This document shows, piece by piece, positions 57,446 through 64,000 of a DNA stretch of 64,000 nucleotides. The stretch comes from Dehalococcoidales bacterium (GTDB lineage: Bacteria > Chloroflexota > Dehalococcoidia > Dehalococcoidales > Fen-1064): assembly GCA_016783135.1 (NCBI GenBank), contig JADHXC010000003.1, positions 11,605-75,604 on the forward strand, given 5' to 3'. The notes below the pieces were generated by a model. The model worked only from the letters and a program-made list of their open reading frames with translations, ran no database searches and was not told where the DNA came from. The first letter of the stretch is position 1, and each line of letters starts with the position of its first letter. The translations under genes and the position numbers were made by a program.

Positions 57446-58672
57446 TTGAAGATAGTCCATCTGGGAACAGGCTTCCTGCCGGTATCATCGAATGCCGACC
57501 GGTCGGTGGAGGGGACAATCTACGAACTGACCCGACATTTGACGCGGCATTTGCCGCCGAATCCGGCGCAGGCAGACAGCACTGTGATAATCATTGACAT
57601 AAGAATGGCCGGGGGAAGCCGAGGCAATACCGGGGCCAGCTTCCACGAAATCACGACGCTACCACTGCACGGGGCCAACCTGTTCAGCTACTTCCTGAAG
57701 GTTATCTGGTTCTCCCTGCGACTGCTCCCTGCACTGCGTCGCCTGATGAGGGAAGCCGGAATTGATATCATCCACGCCCACAGCCAGTTCCCCGCCACGG
57801 CAGTACTGCTTGCCCGAAGGCTGTTCCGCTGGAAAGTACCGGTGGTCTACACGGCACACAACCCCTACCTGCTGGCTCCCCCCAGCCTCGTAAACTGGCT
57901 ACGGCACACGCTGATTGAGGGATGGGTGCTGAGGAGAGTCGACCGGGTGCTGGCCCAGACCGAAGCTGTGGGCAGAGAGCTGGGCCGCAGGTTCCGGATA
58001 TCACCGGAGCGGATAGAACAGGTCTTCGCCGGAATCGACCTGGCTGCGATTGACGATTTCATAGAACATCACCCGCGCCAGGAGAATGGACACCGGACGG
58101 TACTGTATCCGGCCGTAATCAATCCCCGGAAGAACCAGATGGCGGTCGTGCAAAGCATACCTGATGTGGTGAAGGCATACCCCGAGTGCCGGTTCGTCTT
58201 TGCCGGTGCGATTGACGACCGGGCCTATTTCGGCGCTATTCAGGACATGGTTCGCACGCACGGCCTCTCTGATTATGTGGAGTTCACCGGCCAGCTACCC
58301 CTGGAAACACTATACCAGCACTACCGGGATGCCACCGCCCTGATCTTCCCTACCCTGTATGAGAGCCAGGGGAAGGTACTTATCGAGGCGATGGCATTCG
58401 GCCTACCGGTGATTGCTTCCCGCATTGGCCCGATTATGGATGTGGTAAGTCTGGAAAAAGGCAGCGCGATACTCATCGAACCGGACAACCCGGAAGAAAT
58501 CGCAGGCGCGATTACCGGATTACTCCGTAACGAGTGCAAGAGGGCAGGACTATCTGCCAGAGGGAGAAAACTGGCCTCGTCACGATTCCCCTGGAGTCGG
58601 ACCGCCCGGGACACGCTCGCCGTGTACCAGGAGATTATTCAAGACGAGGACATCAAGAAACAGGAGGGTTAG
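57446..58672 (+). CDS. GT4 glycosyltransferase
   Basis: DIIHAH, PRKN and ESQGKVLIEAMAFGLPVI motifs. Confidence 0.93.
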   Translation: MKIVHLGTGFLPVSSNADRSVEGTIYELTRHLTRHLPPNPAQADSTVIIIDIRMAGGSRGNTGASFHEITTLPLHGANLFSYFLKVIWFSLRLLPALRRLMREAGIDIIHAHSQFPATAVLLARRLFRWKVPVVYTAHNPYLLAPPSLVNWLRHTLIEGWVLRRVDRVLAQTEAVGRELGRRFRISPERIEQVFAGIDLAAIDDFIEHHPRQENGHRTVLYPAVINPRKNQMAVVQSIPDVVKAYPECRFVFAGAIDDRAYFGAIQDMVRTHGLSDYVEFTGQLPLETLYQHYRDATALIFPTLYESQGKVLIEAMAFGLPVIASRIGPIMDVVSLEKGSAILIEPDNPEEIAGAITGLLRNECKRAGLSARGRKLASSRFPWSRTARDTLAVYQEIIQDEDIKKQEG

Positions 58673-58674
58673 CC

Positions 58675-59442
58675 ATGGAGTCGATAAAAGAATTGAGAAA
58701 GATTTGCCAGGAGACCAGGGACGACTTACTCTACCAGAGGAACTGGTTCGACCGGAATTTCACGCGCAGGATATCGATGTACCTCACCAAACCCTTCCTG
58801 ATGATGGGCCTGTCCGCTAACCAGGTCACCGCGATTAGCCTTCTCGTCGGTCTGGCGGCGGGAGTGCTGATGGTATTCCCGGACCCGGTGCTCTGGCTCA
58901 TCGGCATACCGCTCTTTTACCTGTACTTTGTCCTCGACTGCGTGGACGGGGAGATAGCCAGGTATCGCAAGACGTCGTCGCTGATAGGCTCATACCTGGA
59001 CGGCGGGCTGGGCATGCTGATGTGGCCCTACGTGCTGGCCTGCATGACCTTCGGAATCAACAATGTTGTGCAGAACAACCTGGTGTTTGCCTTCGGGTTC
59101 CTGGCGGCAGTCGGCTGGCTGCTCTATACCACCTCGGCACTGTTCCCGTACCCCATCCTGCACTCGCGTGGACGCCTGCCGGAAGCAGTTGAGACCTCAG
59201 GCCGGACAACGGAGCCACTGATAATGCGACTGGGGCGGGCCGTCTTTGGCATACGAGGCTTTTTCCCGGTGGTAATCGCAGTAACTATCGTGGACTTACT
59301 TATGACCCCGCTCACCTTCGGCCAGTTCACAGTGAATGCGCGGTTTGCCTACCTGGCGGTATTCGCTCTGGCAACGCTGGCAGGGATTGTCCTCAGGGTA
59401 TCGAGTGTGATGCGCCACGGAGTCAGCCTGCAGAAAGCCTAA
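58675..59442 (+). CDS. CDP-alcohol phosphotransferase family protein
   Basis: SANQVT and DCVDGEIAR...G.YLD motifs. Confidence 0.9.
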   Translation: MESIKELRKICQETRDDLLYQRNWFDRNFTRRISMYLTKPFLMMGLSANQVTAISLLVGLAAGVLMVFPDPVLWLIGIPLFYLYFVLDCVDGEIARYRKTSSLIGSYLDGGLGMLMWPYVLACMTFGINNVVQNNLVFAFGFLAAVGWLLYTTSALFPYPILHSRGRLPEAVETSGRTTEPLIMRLGRAVFGIRGFFPVVIAVTIVDLLMTPLTFGQFTVNARFAYLAVFALATLAGIVLRVSSVMRHGVSLQKA

Positions 59443-59453
59443 CGTGAGCCGCG

Positions 59454-60953
59454 CTACTCAAACTTGCCGGCACTGAGCAGACGGTCTACCTGGAACCTCT
59501 TCAGCAGCCGTACGGCTGCACGCTCAACAGGCCATCTGAAGAACAGGTACCGGCATCGCAGAGAGCCTACCGCCCGGGACATCCTGGTGAGGAAAGGTAC
59601 GCGTAATCTCAACCCGGCCATCCACGAGTAGAATATCAGCCGGGTGAGGTCTTCCATCGGATAGCGTGCCCAGGGAAACAGGTAAAAATCGGCAGGACGA
59701 ATCTCGCTGCCCACGTAAGGACTTACCGCCCACTCCTCCAGCGTCGCCGGTTCCTTCATGCCCTCTTTAAGGCACTGGAAGTACAACTCCGAACCCGGGT
59801 ACGGCCGGTAGATAAATGGACCGAGGACACGGAAGGAGCTATTGATACCGGTGATGTTCGTAATCAGTTCCACGGTCTGCCTGATGTCCTCGGCTTCCTC
59901 GCCGGGAAGGGCAATCATGAAGGAGAAGGTGGCATCTATGTCAACGCTGTCCACCATCCGGGCGGCATGGACGGTATCCTCAACCGTGATGTCCTTCTTG
60001 AGGTAGTCAAGTATCCTCTGCGAGCCTGACTCCACCCCGAAACCGAGTTGCTGGCAGCCGCTCTCCTTTATCCTGGCAAGCAGGTCCGTGTCCATGCGTC
60101 CGGCACGGAAGTAGTCCACCCGTGTGGCGGCAAACCAGCGGAACTTCAGTCCCCTGGCGGTTATCCCATCCACTATCTGCACCAGCCGCTTCCGGTTGGC
60201 AAAGAGGTCTTCATCAAAGAAGGAGATACAGTCCACACCGAGGTTGACGATATCTTCAATATCCTTGAGTACCAGCTCAGCATCCCGGAACCGGTACTTG
60301 TTCTTCAGGACCGGGTTTATGCAGAACGTGCAGCGATGCGGGCAGCCTCTGCTGGTAAAAATCGGCAGACCGACACCGGTGCGCCTGGCAACCTCGGTTA
60401 TGTCGCCAATAGAGCGTATATCTTCTGCCAGGTCCCACTCCAGCGGGGGCAGCCGGTTGATGTCCACAGGCTCCCGGTCTTCGGTAGTCACCACCCCGTT
60501 TTCCGCCTTGAAAGCAATTCCCTTCACCTGTTCCGGGTCGGTCTGCCCACCGATGGCGGCAAGCAGTTCTACGATGGTATCTTCACCTTCACGCTTCACG
60601 GCGAAGTCAGCGTACTCACTGGCGGCAACCTGCTCCAGGTACATCGTGGGGTGTGCGCCTCCCCAGATAATACTGGCGGCGGGGTTGACCTGCCGGACAC
60701 GACGGGATATCTCAATGGCGCTGGTAATCTGGGCTGTCATCACGCTGAGTCCCACCGCAAACACACCCTCCAGTTCCTCTTCCAGTCTCTCCATGAATGC
60801 ACGCTGGTTCGGGTAGTTATTCACGTCCAGGATATTCACCTGATACCCCTGACGGCTGGCGGCCGTACCGACATAGAGCAGGCCGAGGGGGATATTCAGC
60901 CGCATCAGTCTCTCCGGATGCCGCGGATTGACCAGCAACAGTTTCTCAGTCAT
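59454..60953 (-). CDS. B12-binding radical SAM protein
   Basis: PLGLLY, GGAHPT, EGE, SRGCPHRCTFC and GVESGS motifs. Confidence 0.92.
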   Translation of the reverse strand: MTEKLLLVNPRHPERLMRLNIPLGLLYVGTAASRQGYQVNILDVNNYPNQRAFMERLEEELEGVFAVGLSVMTAQITSAIEISRRVRQVNPAASIIWGGAHPTMYLEQVAASEYADFAVKREGEDTIVELLAAIGGQTDPEQVKGIAFKAENGVVTTEDREPVDINRLPPLEWDLAEDIRSIGDITEVARRTGVGLPIFTSRGCPHRCTFCINPVLKNKYRFRDAELVLKDIEDIVNLGVDCISFFDEDLFANRKRLVQIVDGITARGLKFRWFAATRVDYFRAGRMDTDLLARIKESGCQQLGFGVESGSQRILDYLKKDITVEDTVHAARMVDSVDIDATFSFMIALPGEEAEDIRQTVELITNITGINSSFRVLGPFIYRPYPGSELYFQCLKEGMKEPATLEEWAVSPYVGSEIRPADFYLFPWARYPMEDLTRLIFYSWMAGLRLRVPFLTRMSRAVGSLRCRYLFFRWPVERAAVRLLKRFQVDRLLSAGKFE

Positions 60954-63294
60954 CCGTTTCCATCCTCACAATCTGGTCTGCTTCACTGGTATACTCAAAT
61001 ATCTTAACCGTGGGAATCCAGTTCCGCTCCAGGTGCTCGGTAAGTTCCTCTGAGCTGTACACCAGCCGGTAGCGTTCCAGTGCTGCCAGGGGCACGGGAC
61101 TCACCATCGGGTCGGGACTGACTATCCGGTACTTCCCGGCATCCTGACCTGAGAGATAGACCTCGGCCTCTTCGTAGCCGGGGAAAGACCTGGCGCTGGT
61201 GACCCGTTTGTAAGCGGTACCGGCACGGTCAACATCATCCTCAAAGGAGATGACCATTGTGCTGTCCGGGACCACTGCCTTACCGTCGAAGTTATACAGC
61301 CGGCTGGACAGGGAGCGGAAGTACTCGGGGTAGAAGAAGATTATCGGCAGGAGCTTGCCGTCCTCTTCCATGTAGTAGATACCACGAAAATCGTCCGGAC
61401 TTATCCCGGCAAAGGTTGCCATAGCATGGAACTTCCCCGTAGCAGTATCGTAGTCGATGACCACGTATCTGGAATCCAGCTTATCGATTATCTCGTTGGC
61501 CGGGGCTTCCTCCTGGGCAGTGAAGCAGAGAGCGACCGGGTAAGACCAGTTCCCCCCCGGGCCGTGGTTGGGCAAGCGCCGGGCAATACGCGTTATCCAG
61601 TGGCCGTAGTCCCACCAGGCCATTACGCCGTAGGCGGACTCAGGGTAGTCATAGGCCTTGCCGGGCAACGGTGCCTCGTAGAGTTCGTAGTAGAAGTCCG
61701 GGTCACCGAAGGGGTCCGGAGTATTATCCCTGAGCCATGAAAGCGAACTGTACCAGGCATCGGAAGGCGTCAGAAGCCTTGCCTCTTCTATGACATTCGT
61801 GGTCGGGCCGTTCCAGGCGGGTGGCACCCCGGTATTGGGAACGAAAACGACGAATAGCACAACCAGCATTCCTATGCCGGAGGCAATCCGACTTGCTGCC
61901 AGACTCACGGTCCCGGTCGTCTTCCCCGGTCTACCCTCACCGGCAACCCATTTACGGATATCGACCCACCCCAGGAACCACGAGGAGAAATATCCGGCGA
62001 GCAGGGCAACATTGATGGCGTAGTAGTAGGCAAAGCGGCGCTCTCCCAGGGCTGCTGCCAGCATCATCACGCTCCACAATACCAGTATGGTATTATGTGC
62101 CTCCCCACGCCGTACCAGCAGGTAGACCAGCATGCCCAGAGAAATGAAGCTGATAAAGAACCCGGTGGTGAAAACCTCCCAGGCAAGCGAGAAGGAGAAG
62201 CTATCGCCGACGGAAAGCAGGGGCTTCACCTCAGAGATGGTCAGGCCTACCCCCGAGGGCGAGAAAATGCTGAGCCTGCTCAGAACTGATGTCACGAAGG
62301 AAGGGTTGGTAAAATGTAGCACGACGAAGCCAACCACACCGAGCCCGAGTACTGCCAGTGGGTAGTAGGCCGGTCGTATCGACCGGAGGGAGAAGAGACG
62401 GGAAACACCGTTGAGTACCAGCGGGGTAACCAGGGCGATAACGATGGACATCAGCAGCAGGGTGCCGGGAGAAAACGGTAGCAGTATCAGCAGTGCCACC
62501 AGCATGGTGACCACACCCACAATCAACAGGTCGTCTGTGGCACTTCCCCGGAGATGGTCGATGATTGTCTGGACGACTAAGTAGGCAAAGATGATAAAGA
62601 TAAAGAGCGGGCCACCAATCCATGTAAGCAGGTAGACCCCTAGAAAAACACCGGCCAGCAAGCTAAAGGTCAATGGCCGACGGATACCTGCCCAGTTCAG
62701 GTTCCTCAGGTCGGTCAGGGACAGCCGTTTATGTCTGGCCGACTTAAGTGCCATGATGAAGAACATCATGGCCACGGTACTGAACAGGACTTCGGCGGCA
62801 TGATGGTCGGTGGCACCCAGGACAGATCGCCCCATGAACTCGCCGGGAAGTATCGCAATCAGCGCCGCCGCCAGCAAACCGGCCCGCCGGCCAAACAGCT
62901 CTCTGCCGATGAAGTAGACCGGGATAACGGTCAGGGCACCCAGTATTGCGGGAAGATAGGCACCGACCGCCTCGATGGTATGCAGTGTCGGAGAACCGAG
63001 GCCGACCAGCAGGGCACTGCCGGCAATGAGCCAGTCGAAAAAGGGCATGTACGGCCAGGTGCTGCCGTAGGGATAGTAAAGGTAGGGGTCGAAGGTTATG
63101 TACGTGGGGAAGTTGCGCACCAGACTGTCCACCAGCCGCATGTGGTAGTGGGCATCGGCACCGACAAATTTAACCTGGTCGCCTGCAAAGACCCAGTCGT
63201 GCGGGAGATATGCCCGGAGGAAAAAGGCAAGACCGGACAGCAGGGCGACGGCCACGACGGTAACAAGCCCTGGAGAAAACCTAATCTTGCCCAT
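60946..63294 (-). CDS. aglB: Archaeal-type STT3 oligosaccharyltransferase (AglB-like)
   Basis: DAHYHMR, FDPY.YYPYG, DHHAAE, TISE, WLRDNTP, YGVMAWWDYGHWI and DYDTATGK motifs. Confidence 0.9.
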   Translation of the reverse strand: MGKIRFSPGLVTVVAVALLSGLAFFLRAYLPHDWVFAGDQVKFVGADAHYHMRLVDSLVRNFPTYITFDPYLYYPYGSTWPYMPFFDWLIAGSALLVGLGSPTLHTIEAVGAYLPAILGALTVIPVYFIGRELFGRRAGLLAAALIAILPGEFMGRSVLGATDHHAAEVLFSTVAMMFFIMALKSARHKRLSLTDLRNLNWAGIRRPLTFSLLAGVFLGVYLLTWIGGPLFIFIIFAYLVVQTIIDHLRGSATDDLLIVGVVTMLVALLILLPFSPGTLLLMSIVIALVTPLVLNGVSRLFSLRSIRPAYYPLAVLGLGVVGFVVLHFTNPSFVTSVLSRLSIFSPSGVGLTISEVKPLLSVGDSFSFSLAWEVFTTGFFISFISLGMLVYLLVRRGEAHNTILVLWSVMMLAAALGERRFAYYYAINVALLAGYFSSWFLGWVDIRKWVAGEGRPGKTTGTVSLAASRIASGIGMLVVLFVVFVPNTGVPPAWNGPTTNVIEEARLLTPSDAWYSSLSWLRDNTPDPFGDPDFYYELYEAPLPGKAYDYPESAYGVMAWWDYGHWITRIARRLPNHGPGGNWSYPVALCFTAQEEAPANEIIDKLDSRYVVIDYDTATGKFHAMATFAGISPDDFRGIYYMEEDGKLLPIIFFYPEYFRSLSSRLYNFDGKAVVPDSTMVISFEDDVDRAGTAYKRVTSARSFPGYEEAEVYLSGQDAGKYRIVSPDPMVSPVPLAALERYRLVYSSEELTEHLERNWIPTVKIFEYTSEADQIVRMETDD

Positions 63295-63505
63295 GATTCG
63301 CTTCCTGATGCCCGTTGTGGTTATCAGTCATAAACCCCTGGTTATCGAACAGGCGCAAAGGTCTCTTGGCATCCTGGCTTTACTCTTCCGGCTCTCTCTC
63401 GTCAGCGTCATTATCGGTCTTCTCTCCCTGTTCCCGTCGGGCATGAATTCCTATTTGACAGGTCCTGCCGAAGGATAACCGGACTGCCCTTATCTGCTGC
63501 ACTCT

Positions 63506-63561
63506 ATTCTGGCACAGTACCGTATTCTGCGCAGGGCAATGGGGGTTCAATATCATGACCC
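63506..63561 (-). promoter_or_regulatory. aglB promoter
   Basis: The minus strand reads GGGTCA-N6-TGAACC, 29 nt, TGCCAGAAT, the same spacing as 50795-50850. Confidence 0.6.
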
Positions 63562-63729
63562 ACGGGTCTCAACGTTTGAGCCGAAAGGGTCATACAACTC
63601 CTCAATGCCCGGATATCCTCCTTCTGCGCTGGAAGCAGCCTTTCTCAGCAGTGAACCTTTTGGTCAACCATGCAGGGCTGCCGGTATAACAAGATTTGGT
63701 CTCTGGCGTCTTACACAGGAAAGACAGTC

Positions 63730-64000
63730 GTGCGAGAATTAGTTGTTGGATACGGGAGAATACACGTTACGGAAGGAGAGGTAGTTCCTGAGTTGATTAT
63801 CAGGAACGGTGATATGAAGATGCTCGAATGCCATAATACGCAAGTCAAAGACCCGGTGCAACGGGTAACCGAGACCCTGATTTCGGGGGAGGATGTCACC
63901 GCACTACGGAAGACCCGGGAGCTACTACAGCATTCACAGTTGCTGGCCTCACTGGGTGAGATGACAGCCGGCATTGCCCACGAAGTGAATAACCCTCTGG
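63730..64000 (+). CDS. Histidine kinase, partial (PAC remnant + HisKA; runs off the window edge)
   Basis: LISGEDVT...LQHSQLLASLGEMTAGIAHEVNNPL matches the H-box region of 25579..28272; start uncertain (63670 or 63730). Confidence 0.75.
   Translation, partial: MRELVVGYGRIHVTEGEVVPELIIRNGDMKMLECHNTQVKDPVQRVTETLISGEDVTALRKTRELLQHSQLLASLGEMTAGIAHEVNNPL

Noticed and set aside
38018-63294. Archaeal contig or chimeric join
   Set aside because: The same promoter and operator motifs occur in both the bacterial regulator block and the arl/agl block, and composition looks continuous; read mapping would still be needed for proof.

Overview
Bacterial DNA: genes have Shine-Dalgarno sites, and the window encodes a sigma-54 factor and NarL/OmpR/NtrC regulators. 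The gene repertoire suggests Chloroflexota, probably Dehalococcoidia (inference). Four blocks. (1) 0.6-12.2 kb: a NarL/PAS two-component pair, then a visibly AT-richer, self-contained sigma-54 module. It has a short divergent RpoN, an [FeFe]-hydrogenase-like sensor kinase, an NtrC-type activator, a -24/-12 promoter and a NuoEFG/HydCB-like diaphorase operon; two proteins in that operon carry near-duplicate receiver domains. (2) 12.5-24.3 kb: metabolic and envelope genes (MaoC pair, malic enzyme, MBL hydrolase, RDD, PrsW, MoxR-DUF58-transglutaminase). (3) 25-38 kb: a dense two-component cluster ending in cheY plus an unknown protein that starts with a FliM/CheZ-like CheY-binding peptide. (4) 38-63.3 kb: an archaeal-type flagellum (archaellum) operon (arlB x2, arlD/E-like, arlG, arlF with a seven-repeat insert, arlH, arlI x2, arlJ) next to an archaeal-type N-glycosylation locus (AglB, glycosyltransferases, flippase, DUF1616). 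A recurring promoter motif (TTAGACCTTA-N17-TGnGAnAAT) and a palindrome (GGGTCA-N6-TGACCC) link the regulators, cheY, the archaellum and the glycosylation genes into one apparent regulon. All calls come from reading motifs by eye; no database search was run.
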